From Crocosphaera subtropica ATCC 51142 (GTDB taxonomy: Bacteria; Cyanobacteriota; Cyanobacteriia; Cyanobacteriales; Microcystaceae): DNA of 32,000 nucleotides. This document shows positions 1 through 9,608 of this stretch, piece by piece; position 1 is the first letter of the stretch, and each line of letters opens with the position of its first letter. Made by a program: the position numbers and the translations under genes. The notes beneath the pieces are model-generated. The model saw only the letters and a list, made by a program, of their open reading frames with translations. It made no database searches and was not told where the DNA came from. The stretch is taken from contig NC_010546.1 in assembly GCF_000017845.1 (NCBI RefSeq), positions 330,001 to 362,000 on the forward strand. Reading direction: 5' to 3'.

Positions 1-762
1 CAACCTGTAAAAGTGGCAGTTCTTGCTGATGGTTTTTTTTCATCCCTCAAGGAACTTAATGATCGTATTTTAGCCAGTAAAAGCTTTGTTCCTGATGAAG
101 AAATCACACAAGAAGCTTCTGGTCATGGAACCAGTATTGTAGCCTTGATTGCAGCCATTGCACCAACTGCTCAAATTATTCCTATCAAGGTACTCTCTTC
201 AAAGGGGATCGGACAAGATTCTTGGATTCTTGAAGGTCTTGAATATGCTAGTCAGCAGAAGGCTCAAGTCTTACTGTTGCCTCTTGGTAATTCTTCTTCC
301 GAATCAAGACCTGTTTATGATGCGATGATTGATAGGATTAAACGGAAGAATGTTTTACCCATTGCTTCTACAGGAGTAGACCGTTCTGAAGTTCCCCAGT
401 TTCCAGCAACAATTCCAGGTATGTTTGTTGTGGGAACGATCAACAATCAACAGCAACTTGCTAGTTTTTCTAGCTATGGATCATGGGTTTCCTTGGTGGC
501 ACCAGGTGTAGATATTAAAACCATTGGTAAAGATGATAAAGTTCAAGTGGTGCGCGGTGGCTCCTATTCTTCTGCTATTGTTGCAGGAGTAGCCGCACTG
601 GTTTTCTCGCTTCAACCTGATCTTAGTGTGACTGATGTGGAAACAATTTTGCAACAAAGTGCGGTGACTATCACTACTCACTTACCAGAAAATAACCAAG
701 AATTGAAAATGCGCCGAGTGGATGCTTTAAATGCAGTTATTAAAGCCATATCATCTAGATAG
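1..762 (+). CDS. Subtilisin-like (peptidase S8) serine protease, 5' end outside window
   Basis: The frame is open from base 1; the track ORF 13..762 begins at an internal GTG. Triad-style motifs occur in order: KVAVLADG (Asp), SGHGTSIVALIAA (His), GGSYSSAIVAGVAAL (Ser). Confidence 0.75.
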   Translation, partial: QPVKVAVLADGFFSSLKELNDRILASKSFVPDEEITQEASGHGTSIVALIAAIAPTAQIIPIKVLSSKGIGQDSWILEGLEYASQQKAQVLLLPLGNSSSESRPVYDAMIDRIKRKNVLPIASTGVDRSEVPQFPATIPGMFVVGTINNQQQLASFSSYGSWVSLVAPGVDIKTIGKDDKVQVVRGGSYSSAIVAGVAALVFSLQPDLSVTDVETILQQSAVTITTHLPENNQELKMRRVDALNAVIKAISSR

Positions 763-774
763 CATAATTAAGCA

Positions 775-796
775 GGGATAATTGATCAATTATCCC
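775..796 (+). terminator. Perfect 22-nt palindrome downstream of the protease gene (possible terminator hairpin)
   Basis: GGGATAATTGATCAATTATCCC lies 13 nt after the stop at 762 and is followed by ACGGATTTTAT. The U-tract is weak. Confidence 0.4.
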
Positions 797-1046
797 TACG
801 GATTTTATCAAAATCAACCCTGTTGCCTGTTCAGAAAAGCATTCAGCAGTTCCTTAACGAAACCTGAGTTCGACGGAAGAGAATCTATGGAGAACTGACA
901 ACCAACAAGAAGTCTCAAACCCTGATTCCTTCGTTAAAAAAATTCTAACTCCGTTGCGTAGCACGACGTAGTCGCACTCCGAACTCCTAACACCGAACTC
1001 ACGTTAACGAAGTTCAGACTAAGCCCGAACAGTATGTAAAAATAGT

Positions 1047-1919
1047 TTATTGTATAGACATCACCTTTCGATTTCTTACTAAGAGAGCAAATCCTGCGCT
1101 AGTCACAAACATCACTAAACTATAGATACCTGCAGGAATAGCCATAGTGGGTGAATTTAACAACACACTGGCAATAGTAATCGCTAAAGTGCCGTTTTGA
1201 ATACCTACTTCAACGGTGATAGTTTTGGTACTCTTTTCGTCAAGTTTAGCCATGATACCGATCGCATATCCAAGGAACATGGTCACTAAATTTAAGCTTA
1301 AAGTTACTCCTCCAACCTGTAAAAAAGAAGATAATAACGTAGCACGTTCTTTAAGTAATAAACCAAATATAATTAATCCCAAAAAAGATAAAGATAACCA
1401 TTTAACAATTTTTTCTAGTTTAGCTGCTAATTTGGGTTGATAGTAGTTGAGTAACATCCCTAAAGAAATAGGAAGTAGGATCATAAGAGCAATTTGAGTG
1501 ATGGTTTTTGAGAGAGGCAACTGTAACGCTGTGTCTGTTCCCATAAATGTCTGCATTCCTAAATTAATCACCAGAGGAATGGTCACAATAGTAACAAGAC
1601 TACCGATAGCAGTTAAACTAATAGATAAAGCGACATTACCTCTTACTAAATAACTGATGACATTAGATGTAGCTCCTCCTGGACAAGCAGCTAAAATAAT
1701 TACGCCAACTGCTAACTCTGGGGTTAGAGAGAACACTCCAGCTAACAAAAAACCGACAAGAGGTAAGATAATTAATTGAGCAATTAAGCCCCAAAATACG
1801 CCTTTCGGTTCGATTAAAATGCGCTGAAAATCAGTAATCTTTAAGCCTAAACCCATACCCATCATAATCATAAATAGAGCAAGGGGAAGAAAAACCGCTG
1901 AGAGAAAATTAGACTCCAT
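1047..1919 (-). CDS. Bile acid:sodium symporter (BASS/SBF) family transporter
   Basis: Polytopic membrane protein. LAACPGGATSNVISYL and VEVGIQNGTLA resemble the two conserved SBF-family segments. ATG at 1919 (MESNFL...) is preferred over the track's GTG at 1934. Confidence 0.75.
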   Translation of the reverse strand: MESNFLSAVFLPLALFMIMMGMGLGLKITDFQRILIEPKGVFWGLIAQLIILPLVGFLLAGVFSLTPELAVGVIILAACPGGATSNVISYLVRGNVALSISLTAIGSLVTIVTIPLVINLGMQTFMGTDTALQLPLSKTITQIALMILLPISLGMLLNYYQPKLAAKLEKIVKWLSLSFLGLIIFGLLLKERATLLSSFLQVGGVTLSLNLVTMFLGYAIGIMAKLDEKSTKTITVEVGIQNGTLAITIASVLLNSPTMAIPAGIYSLVMFVTSAGFALLVRNRKVMSIQ

Positions 1920-1993
1920 AGGAACTCCACACACAAAACTTTTAGCTATCTTACAATAGTTTGACGAATATGGTTATTTTTGTATTGCACCTA

Positions 1994-2127
1994 ATACCAA
2001 TTCTCTTTATTAACAATAGAGATTATTAGTTGAGGTAAGCAGAGGGAACAGAGGAGGCAGGGGGAGCAGAGGAGATAAAGGAAAAAGAATATTAATTAAG
2101 TCTCTAGTAACTTTTGAGAATTGGTAT
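1994..2127. repeat. Inverted-repeat-bounded ~134-bp element with a purine-rich CAGAGG-type core
   Basis: ATACCAATTCTC (1994-2005) and its exact reverse complement GAGAATTGGTAT (2116-2127) flank GCAGAGGGAACAGAGGAGGCAGGGGGAGCAGAGGAG. The region is intergenic. Confidence 0.4.
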
Positions 2128-2229
2128 AGTGTTTTTGAAGTGTGTTTTTGTGTTGAGTTTAAACCAGTAACTTCTCTAATATTTACGTTTTTCTATCATT
2201 TCTATTAAGCTAGATAATTGTCTAAATAA

Positions 2230-3426
2230 CTAAGCAATACTGCCCCGTTTTCTAGCTTCTTTGTAAGAGGTTCCCACATTTTGTAAGCCGGCACGAATCA
2301 TTTGTTGTTCGAGTAGCGCAAAAAAACGAATGCGATCGCCTCCTCGGATCACCGCTTGGTTATGGGACTCAGCTAAAGCGACAGGATAGCCAAAACCTTT
2401 ATTGACCTGTGCTAACATAATGCCCAACCCTTGGTTAAATAAGTCTTGATCTTCAGCCACCCAACCAGGAACCTCGATTCTGGCAATTTCTGTTCCCACA
2501 TTAACGTAACAGAAATAGATGCGTTGCGCTTCATCATATAATTCAAGAATACGGGCCGAACTTTGCCATAGGGGACCCCGTTGTCCCGGTTGGAGGTTTT
2601 CTCCCCATAAAGTGGTATCTCGCAAGGGTTCGATGACTTTACAGGGGATTTGTTGCTCCTCTACATCCACACAGTTCATAATGCAGTTCGGCGTGTCAAA
2701 GGTGCAGTTATGGAGGCGTAAAAAGTTGACCCCTTCAACACTTCTAGACGCACTGAGATAGCCCATCAAGGGGATACGAGCCGCCTTTAATTGTTCCCAC
2801 GCCTCTTGAATGGGGACTAAAATTAAATCACGGGCATCATGGGCTAATCCATCTAAAAACCAATAGACTAGGGAACCATCCACCATAGCTAAATTGGGTT
2901 CGTGATGCGCTCCTGGGGGGTTAACCCAACCGCAAGCCATATCTGCTAAACATTGGGCTTCTAAGACACTTCGACGATACCCTAACCATTCTTCGGTTCG
3001 GATACCCCATTGTCTCGAAACATAAAGGTCTTCGGGACGATAATAAACCTCTGGGAGACTATCGAGTAAAGGATGTAAATTTTGTCCATAATGAAGCATG
3101 ACCCGACCAACATTGATTAAATAACAATAAGCAATTTCATGGTGAGAGGGAGCAATTTGTGAGCCGTCGGTGGCAAAGACACTATGACGATGTGGGGGAG
3201 GAACAATTGTAATACGAGTATCTAAGGGTTCAACAGGCATGGCAGCCGAAAAAATGAGGCGATCGCGCCAGGTTTGATAGCGTTCTATTAATGCTTCTTG
3301 TTGGTTTTGCGCTTGTTGTAAGATGGTTTTTGCTAGTTCAAGTCGTTGGGAACTAGCGGTCATTTCTTGTTGAAAATGGTGGCTGATTCCAGGAATTTTT
3401 CCTGCAAGTTTGGCAATATCTAACAT
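2230..3426 (-). CDS. NurA-domain nuclease-like protein
   Basis: 398-aa ORF with acidic motifs FATDGSQI and AMVDGSLVYWF spaced as in NurA-type 5'-3' nuclease domains. No herA is adjacent. Confidence 0.5.
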   Translation of the reverse strand: MLDIAKLAGKIPGISHHFQQEMTASSQRLELAKTILQQAQNQQEALIERYQTWRDRLIFSAAMPVEPLDTRITIVPPPHRHSVFATDGSQIAPSHHEIAYCYLINVGRVMLHYGQNLHPLLDSLPEVYYRPEDLYVSRQWGIRTEEWLGYRRSVLEAQCLADMACGWVNPPGAHHEPNLAMVDGSLVYWFLDGLAHDARDLILVPIQEAWEQLKAARIPLMGYLSASRSVEGVNFLRLHNCTFDTPNCIMNCVDVEEQQIPCKVIEPLRDTTLWGENLQPGQRGPLWQSSARILELYDEAQRIYFCYVNVGTEIARIEVPGWVAEDQDLFNQGLGIMLAQVNKGFGYPVALAESHNQAVIRGGDRIRFFALLEQQMIRAGLQNVGTSYKEARKRGSIA

Positions 3427-3470
3427 GGTTTTGAAAAAAGTAATTATAGACTCAACAAATTATACCTATT

Positions 3471-4163
3471 TCAATGAATAAAAGGAGCAAAAAAATTGAG
3501 TAAAGCATAACGATGGCGAGATTGTATCCAGATTTTACCGTTTCCTTGAAAATGACAAAATAGATTATTTTCTCCTACGGTTCCGATATGTAATCCCGAT
3601 ACGGATAATCCTTCAATGGGTTTAATCTCATAAGTTAAGGTATCTTCAAAAGCCACTAAATAACCTAGGTTGATAATATAGTTTTTGTCAACCGAAATCT
3701 CTTGAATATTTCCACAGTAATTTAACCATAAGTCTCCCATTCCTCCCAGATGTAAAAAGAAAGAATCCTTTTCACTAATTTGTTTAATGACAGGAGATGA
3801 CATAACCCTTAATTGGACATTTTTACTGCAGGCTAAAAAAGAAAAAATTTGCATAATTATTCCAACTTTTTGTTGTAAAGCGTAATGTTGTATACTGCCA
3901 AGAACATCAGGAATCAAATAAATACTACCTGGTAATTTAGGGGCTGTTACCTCATTAATAGTTAAATTAGCATCCAAAGAAAAATGAAGGTCTAAACCTA
4001 ACGAATGAGTTGTAATTTCTTTGCCTATTTTAATCGAATCATCTTTAAGAGTTAGGCTGGCTGATTTAACAAAAACCTTGTCTAATGATTTTAAATTAAT
4101 GGTTAAAGAAGCAGCTTCTGGATTATTATCAATGTGATAATCAAGGGATCGATAAGGATTCAT
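3471..4163 (-). CDS. AIM24 (DUF124/TIGR00266) family protein
   Basis: Signatures LVAFEDTLTYEI and GNGKIWIQS are typical of AIM24-family beta-rich proteins. Its ATG overlaps the upstream paralogue's stop (ATGA at 4160-4163). Confidence 0.6.
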   Translation of the reverse strand: MNPYRSLDYHIDNNPEAASLTINLKSLDKVFVKSASLTLKDDSIKIGKEITTHSLGLDLHFSLDANLTINEVTAPKLPGSIYLIPDVLGSIQHYALQQKVGIIMQIFSFLACSKNVQLRVMSSPVIKQISEKDSFFLHLGGMGDLWLNYCGNIQEISVDKNYIINLGYLVAFEDTLTYEIKPIEGLSVSGLHIGTVGENNLFCHFQGNGKIWIQSRHRYALLNFFAPFIH

Positions 4164-4924
4164 AATATTGTTGACTTAGTGTTTAATTTTTTTGCAATTA
4201 AATGTCCCCAATGTTGAGCTTGATGGGTTTGACAGTATAATTTGCCTTCTCCCGTAACTTTCATGAATAATTGTGGTTTTCGCCACCAGTTACTTAACCC
4301 TTTAGATTGCCCTTGAACAATTTCGTATTTCAAACTATTTTCAAAAGCAACTAAATTATCAATATTGACCCAATAGTCTCCTGCAACATCAATCGTATAA
4401 ATGGCTCCCAATCCATTGAGCAACACTTGACCATTTCCTGTAATACTTAATAAGGTTAAACTCTGATTATTATAGGGCAATTTGATTTCTGGAACTCCAA
4501 AAAACAAACCCATTGTTCCAGTGCAAGCTAAATAAGCAGAGGCAACAACGATTAATTTATAGTTAGTAATGTTATGAATGATAATGTTACCCATCATCGA
4601 CGGAGCTAACCACACCTCATTTTTATCACCCATAGCCCGAAATTCTGTCAAAAAGAGAGATTCTGTAGCCATTGTCCTGTCAATTTGGGCGTTTCCTTTA
4701 GCTACACTGCGACTGCGACGGAAAGAGGTATTTATTGTTAGATTGCCCCGCATTGCCAATAGGGTTCCTGCTTGAGTAATTAAGAGTTCATCCTGTTTTA
4801 GCAAAATACGAGCGATGGAACTTTCTCGCTCGTTTAAAATTTTAACTTTCATGTATTTGAGAAAAAATAGCTGCTGACCCTGTATAGATTTAATTTTAGA
4901 CGGTGGATTTTCATCAGGGAACAT
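4160..4924 (-). CDS. AIM24 (DUF124/TIGR00266) family protein, paralogue 2
   Basis: LVAFENSLKYEI and GEGKLYCQT are paralogous to the downstream gene. The true start may be the internal ATG at 4852 (MKVKILNE...). Confidence 0.6.
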   Translation of the reverse strand: MFPDENPPSKIKSIQGQQLFFLKYMKVKILNERESSIARILLKQDELLITQAGTLLAMRGNLTINTSFRRSRSVAKGNAQIDRTMATESLFLTEFRAMGDKNEVWLAPSMMGNIIIHNITNYKLIVVASAYLACTGTMGLFFGVPEIKLPYNNQSLTLLSITGNGQVLLNGLGAIYTIDVAGDYWVNIDNLVAFENSLKYEIVQGQSKGLSNWWRKPQLFMKVTGEGKLYCQTHQAQHWGHLIAKKLNTKSTIL

Positions 4925-5003
4925 AGACCCAAGAACAAAGCTATAATTAAACGGAAAAAATGATCTAAAGTAGTGTGAATCTTAATCGTGGTGGCAAAAT
5001 GAC

Positions 5004-5384
5004 ATGAACATCTTACACTTAGTCAAATTGATTGGGGGAGTCAGTGTGATTGGACTGGGAACCAGCATGGTATTGACCAACCCTGGACAAAATGATTACG
5101 AAAGTTATGCAACGGACACCCTAACCAGTTATTTAAAACACGAAGTCTGTTCACAAGCTTCTGGAGGGTTAGCAAGTTTTCTAGCCAGCCATTGTAAAAC
5201 CCTCGTTGATACAGGAAAACCTCATATTAAGCGAGTTATCGCTAACAAAACTGTTCGTCAAAATTATTTATTATTTAGTATCTATGAAACAGAATTGCTT
5301 TTGCCTTCTCCGGTTCCTAACTATGAATTTGAGACTATAGGGGCATTTCAGCAATTTTATACCTATCAAGCAGATAAATTTTAG
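5004..5384 (+). CDS. Small N-terminally membrane-anchored conserved cyanobacterial protein (DUF4359-like)
   Basis: 126-aa ORF with one N-terminal TM helix (LIGGVSVIGLGTSMVL), then TNPGQNDYESYA...NYLLFSIYET. The family assignment is from memory only. Confidence 0.45.
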   Translation: MNILHLVKLIGGVSVIGLGTSMVLTNPGQNDYESYATDTLTSYLKHEVCSQASGGLASFLASHCKTLVDTGKPHIKRVIANKTVRQNYLLFSIYETELLLPSPVPNYEFETIGAFQQFYTYQADKF

Positions 5385-5390
5385 TGTCTT

Positions 5391-6206
5391 ATGACTACCC
5401 CCCCTAATGGCCATAGCCCTAGTTTAAATCCCATGGCCCGTTCCTCGGCTACGGAGGTGATTGAAACCTTGATCAATCTGGCGCAAGAGGGAGAAATTGA
5501 TCCTTGGGATGTTCAAGTGATTGAGGTGATTGATCGTTTTTTAAGTGAATTAGGCATCAGCGAATATTCCGATAATATTTACGAACAAGCTACTTTACCC
5601 AAATCCGGCCAAGCCTTTTTATGGGCATCGATGTTAGTTCGTTTTAAGGCTGATTCTTTAGAACGACTCGAAAGGGATGACAGTGCCGAAGAACCTCCTG
5701 ATGACCTAGAAGAAATGACGGAAGAGGCAGAGCGACAGTTCCGTATTTCCGACTTAGAAAAATATCTTCGTCGTCGTAGTGCAGCCCCACCCCCTCGTCA
5801 ACGTCGGGTGACTCTCCAAGAGTTAATTACTCACATCGAAGAAATAGCCGAAGAAATAGAAACAGCAACTCCGTCCCGCCGTCGCAAAGCAACTCCTCGC
5901 CCTCATTCCCAACGAGAAGCCATGAAAATGGTAACTCAATTGGCACACCAGGAAAATTTAACGGAATTAGCTCAACAATTAGAGGTGTTTTTCCAAGAAC
6001 AATGGTCAAACTCTGGCCAAACAGAACGAAAACTTGATCTAGATGAATTATTACAGCGATGGCATCAAGTTAACCCTCCCCAGGAGAACCACAATCAACA
6101 AGATCGAGTCGGGATATTTTGGGCATTATTGTTGCTCTCATCTCAATCAAAAGTCGAATTATCTCAACAGGAATTTTATCAAGACCTGACAATTCAAGTG
6201 CTTTAG
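5391..6206 (+). CDS. scpA: Segregation and condensation protein A (kleisin ScpA)
   Basis: N-terminal IETLINLAQEGEIDPWDVQVIEVIDRFL matches the ScpA N-terminal motif. An acidic/Arg-rich linker and a C-terminal winged-helix-like region follow. Confidence 0.7.
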   Translation: MTTPPNGHSPSLNPMARSSATEVIETLINLAQEGEIDPWDVQVIEVIDRFLSELGISEYSDNIYEQATLPKSGQAFLWASMLVRFKADSLERLERDDSAEEPPDDLEEMTEEAERQFRISDLEKYLRRRSAAPPPRQRRVTLQELITHIEEIAEEIETATPSRRRKATPRPHSQREAMKMVTQLAHQENLTELAQQLEVFFQEQWSNSGQTERKLDLDELLQRWHQVNPPQENHNQQDRVGIFWALLLLSSQSKVELSQQEFYQDLTIQVL

Positions 6207-6352
6207 ATCCTATGAGCTATTGATTAATGGTTAATTGGTCGCTGATCGCTGTTCACTGATTTGAGATTATTATCGGGATTTGGCAAACGTTAATGGTACA
6301 CTAAGCATTGTCACCCTAAACACCTGTGGCGAAGATTGAGGAAATAGTATTC

Positions 6353-7516
6353 ATGAAAGCCATGATTCTGGCCGCTGGGAAAGGAACTCGCGTTCGTCCC
6401 ATTACCCATACCATACCGAAACCTTTGATCCCAATTTTGCAAAAACCTGTGATGGAGTTTTTGCTAGAACTTCTACGAAAGCATGGCTTTGATCAAATCA
6501 TGGTGAATGTTAGCCATCTAGCTGAGGAAATTGAGAGTTATTTCCGTGATGGGCAACGATTCGGAGTACAAATTGCCTACTCCTTTGAAGGAAAAATTGT
6601 GGATGGGGATTTAGTGGGAGAAGCGTTAGGATCGGCCGGAGGTTTACGACGGATTCAAGATTTTAATCCCTTTTTTGACGATACATTTATCGTTTTATGT
6701 GGAGATGCTTTAATTGATTTAGATTTGACCGCAGCAGTTAAATGCCATAAAGAAAAAGGGGCGATCGCCACTATTATTACTAAATCTGTTCCCAAAGAAG
6801 TGGTTTCGAGTTACGGGGTGGTGGTAACGGACGAAGAAGGAAGAATTAAAGCCTTCCAAGAAAAACCCTCTGTAGACGAAGCCCTCAGCACTAAGATTAA
6901 TACAGGGATTTATATCTTTGAACCAGAAATTATTAACTATATTCCCCCCAATCAGAAATATGATATCGGTGGTGAATTATTTCCGAGGTTAGTAGAAAAA
7001 GGTGCGCCATTTTATGCGGTGAACATGGACTTTGAATGGGTAGATATTGGCAAAGTCCCTGATTATTGGCACGCTATTCGTGGGGTACTACAACGAGAAA
7101 TCAAAAATGTGCAAATTCCTGGTATTGAAGTGAAACCAGGGATTTATACAGGGTTAAATGTGGCAGTGAATTGGGATAAGGTTAATATTCAAGGACCGGT
7201 TTATATTGGTGGGATGACTCATATTGAAGATGGGGCAACCATTATCGGACCGAGTATGATTGGCCCGAATTGTTGGATTTGTAGTGGTGCAACGGTTGAT
7301 AATAGCGTAATTTTTGAATATTCCCGTCTTGGTCCTGGGGTGCGTTTAGTGGATAAGTTAGTGTTTGGACGCTATTGTGTCGATAAAACCGGTGCAGCCA
7401 TAGATGTACAAGCTGCGGCCTTGGATTGGTTAATTACGGATTCTCGTCAAAGCTTTCCCCATGAAGATCAAGTGCAGCAAAAAGCGATCGCAGAATTACT
7501 TAATCAAGATCGTTAA
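6353..7516 (+). CDS. NDP-sugar pyrophosphorylase (mannose-1-phosphate guanylyltransferase-like) with C-terminal left-handed beta-helix
   Basis: MKAMILAAGKGTRVRPITHTIPKPLIPI is the nucleotidyltransferase G-loop. ATG at 6353 follows GAGGAA (6338-6343). The track's GTG at 6326 is probably too early. Confidence 0.8.
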   Translation: MKAMILAAGKGTRVRPITHTIPKPLIPILQKPVMEFLLELLRKHGFDQIMVNVSHLAEEIESYFRDGQRFGVQIAYSFEGKIVDGDLVGEALGSAGGLRRIQDFNPFFDDTFIVLCGDALIDLDLTAAVKCHKEKGAIATIITKSVPKEVVSSYGVVVTDEEGRIKAFQEKPSVDEALSTKINTGIYIFEPEIINYIPPNQKYDIGGELFPRLVEKGAPFYAVNMDFEWVDIGKVPDYWHAIRGVLQREIKNVQIPGIEVKPGIYTGLNVAVNWDKVNIQGPVYIGGMTHIEDGATIIGPSMIGPNCWICSGATVDNSVIFEYSRLGPGVRLVDKLVFGRYCVDKTGAAIDVQAAALDWLITDSRQSFPHEDQVQQKAIAELLNQDR

Positions 7517-8754
7517 TTGGTAAAACACTCATTGATCAAACAATGAGCTATTCTTTGGGCAGCCCCTGGTTGTCCTAGTCGTTGTTGACCATTTTTAGCA
7601 ATATTCTGTAGTTGTTTAGGATCATTCATTAATTGCTTTAAGGTCGTTCCGACTTGTTGGGGTGTGTTGACTAAGGTGACAGAACAACCTAAGAGACGGG
7701 TTTGATTTTGGGCAAATTTTTGGGTGAACTGCGGCCCCTCTCCAGGGAAAGTAATGACAGGTTTCCCTAAACCGACAAATTGTTCGGTGGCCGTTCCGGC
7801 CATGGCAATACCGACATGGGCTACTTGTAAACAATCGTGATAAGCTTGTTGGCTAATCATTAACGTAGCGTTGCGGTGAGTAAATAAAATAGATTGAGGA
7901 TCTTGGATGGAAAGAGGATAGGTGCGATCAAGTTCTTTTTGCCAACCTTTGTCGATTAAATCTTCTTGAAACGGGACAGTATTGAAACTAGGGGTAATGG
8001 CTGCTAAAAATAACAGCGATCGCTCCTTAAAAGCTTCTATAACACTGTGAACCCCTTCTAGGATTAATTGCCAGTTATGTTGGGCTTCAGGCATTCTTGA
8101 CCCAGGTAATAAGAGGATAATTAAGGGTTCACTTTCACAGGGAAAGGTAACAGAGGGGTTAACCGAAAACTGATCCATCATGGGGTTGCCTAAATCATAA
8201 ACAGGAAGTGACCATTTTTGCAAAATTTGAGCAGTAAGGTTATCTCTCACAAAAATACCTCGACAAGCCAAACGACGCATTAACCAGCGTTCCCAGGGAA
8301 AATACATCGATCCTAGCCAACGTTCAACCAAGGATGTAGATGTTAGCCACCCTTTTTCATCTCGTAGATAATATTCTGATTTAGCGGTTCCCACAAAGGC
8401 AAATTCTCCCCCACTTAACCAAGCAAACAAGAGAGGAAGAATATCCCCTACGGCTAAGAGTTTGCCCCCCTTTTTTCCCCATTTTCTAATGGTTTGATAT
8501 TGATGATAAGTAAGGCTTAATAACCCCCCATTAAGATCACGCCATAATTGGTTAATATCTTGGTTGAACCCTCCTGATGGCATGGTTTTTACTGTTCCGA
8601 TGATAGGAATATTTGCTTTTTCGTAGGCGTAACCTGTCCCAACTAAAGGTAAGGCGACAATTTTAGAAACGTTAGGAAACTTCTTCAATGCGTCAATAAT
8701 CGACAGGGCAATGACATCTTCTCCATGACCATTACTAATCACTAAAATTTCCAT
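7513..8754 (-). CDS. Lipid-A-disaccharide synthase-related (LpxB-like) glycosyltransferase
   Basis: 413 aa. The N-terminal MEILVISNGHGEDVIA and overall GT-B-like layout resemble the cyanobacterial LpxB-related family. Assignment is by eye. Confidence 0.55.
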   Translation of the reverse strand: MEILVISNGHGEDVIALSIIDALKKFPNVSKIVALPLVGTGYAYEKANIPIIGTVKTMPSGGFNQDINQLWRDLNGGLLSLTYHQYQTIRKWGKKGGKLLAVGDILPLLFAWLSGGEFAFVGTAKSEYYLRDEKGWLTSTSLVERWLGSMYFPWERWLMRRLACRGIFVRDNLTAQILQKWSLPVYDLGNPMMDQFSVNPSVTFPCESEPLIILLLPGSRMPEAQHNWQLILEGVHSVIEAFKERSLLFLAAITPSFNTVPFQEDLIDKGWQKELDRTYPLSIQDPQSILFTHRNATLMISQQAYHDCLQVAHVGIAMAGTATEQFVGLGKPVITFPGEGPQFTQKFAQNQTRLLGCSVTLVNTPQQVGTTLKQLMNDPKQLQNIAKNGQQRLGQPGAAQRIAHCLINECFTN

Positions 8755-8767
8755 GTTGTCAACTCTC

Positions 8768-9460
8768 TTACCTGTTCCCTGTTTCCTGTTCCCTATTCCC
8801 TGTTAAACATTCTATCATCCGAAAATCGTCTATTGTATCAATTTCTAAGGCGGCCATTTCACTCATAACATAGAGAGATATTTTGCCTCCTAGTCGGTTT
8901 TGGGTTTTTTTGAGTACCCACGGTTTAAAGACATAAATTGACCCATTTTCTACATATTGGGGGTTCATATCCTGACGACGGGGACGATGACGATAATCGT
9001 AGTTAATGGACTTAGCTAACCCGTTAAGTTCTTCCCAGAGAAAGCGATGAGATGGGGAAACCGATAAGAGAGAGTCCGCTTGTTGAGCGTTTAATTTTGC
9101 GATCGCTTGATCAATATCGGCACCGGTTCTAATGGGGGAGGTACATTGTAAAAATACCACTAAGTCTGGCTTAATATTTTGCTTTTCTAATGCTGCTATG
9201 GCATGAATTAAAGCTGACTCAGAGGATGCTGTATCATTAGCCAACTCAACTGGGCGATCAATAATTTTTGCGCCGTATTGAGCCGAAACGGTAGCAATTT
9301 CTTGATCATCCGTTGAAACATAAACCTGATCGATCAAACTAGATTCTTGAGCATCTTCGATAGAATGAGCGATTAAGGGTTTTCCTGCTAAGGGACGAAC
9401 ATTTTTACGGGGAACCCCTTTTGACCCCCCACGGGCCGGAATAATGGCGATAATGGTCAT
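8768..9460 (-). CDS. Acylneuraminate (CMP-sugar) cytidylyltransferase family protein
   Basis: MTIIAIIPARGGSKGVPRKNVRPLAGKPLIAHSI is the canonical CMP-NeuAc/CMP-KDO synthetase N-terminus. The C-terminal tail LTGNREQETGNR is encoded by heptamer repeats. Confidence 0.8.
   Translation of the reverse strand: MTIIAIIPARGGSKGVPRKNVRPLAGKPLIAHSIEDAQESSLIDQVYVSTDDQEIATVSAQYGAKIIDRPVELANDTASSESALIHAIAALEKQNIKPDLVVFLQCTSPIRTGADIDQAIAKLNAQQADSLLSVSPSHRFLWEELNGLAKSINYDYRHRPRRQDMNPQYVENGSIYVFKPWVLKKTQNRLGGKISLYVMSEMAALEIDTIDDFRMIECLTGNREQETGNR
8771..8805. repeat. STRR-type heptamer tandem repeat (5 units)
   Basis: CCTGTTC CCTGTTT CCTGTTC CCTATTC CCTGTTA lies immediately after the stop codon position and forms the last ~12 codons of the cytidylyltransferase ORF. 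Confidence 0.85.
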
Positions 9461-9608
9461 TAAACTTTTAAAATAGTTAGGTCGTTTATCTTGATAGACA
9501 TGAGAATATAGAAATTATGTTAAACCAGAAGGGAGCAATTTTGTAGAAAACTTAGCTTATTCTGTGAAATTTTCCATAGTTTATTGTTTATGAAAACTTA
9601 GCTAATTT

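Noticed and set aside
977-988. A 12-nt identity CTCCGAACTCCT shared between 977-988 and 30048-30059, possibly a dispersed repeat linking the two regions.
   Set aside because: A 12-mer match somewhere within a 32-kb window, counting both strands, is expected by chance many times over. The flanking sequence does not extend the match.
800-1040. The convergent intergenic region contains TTAACGAA / TTCGTTAA / TTAACGAAG motifs and CCGAACTC-like repeats. It was considered as an sRNA or degenerate MITE.
   Set aside because: Only 8-9-nt matches are present, with no convincing long stem, promoter or terminator. This is insufficient evidence without covariance or expression data.
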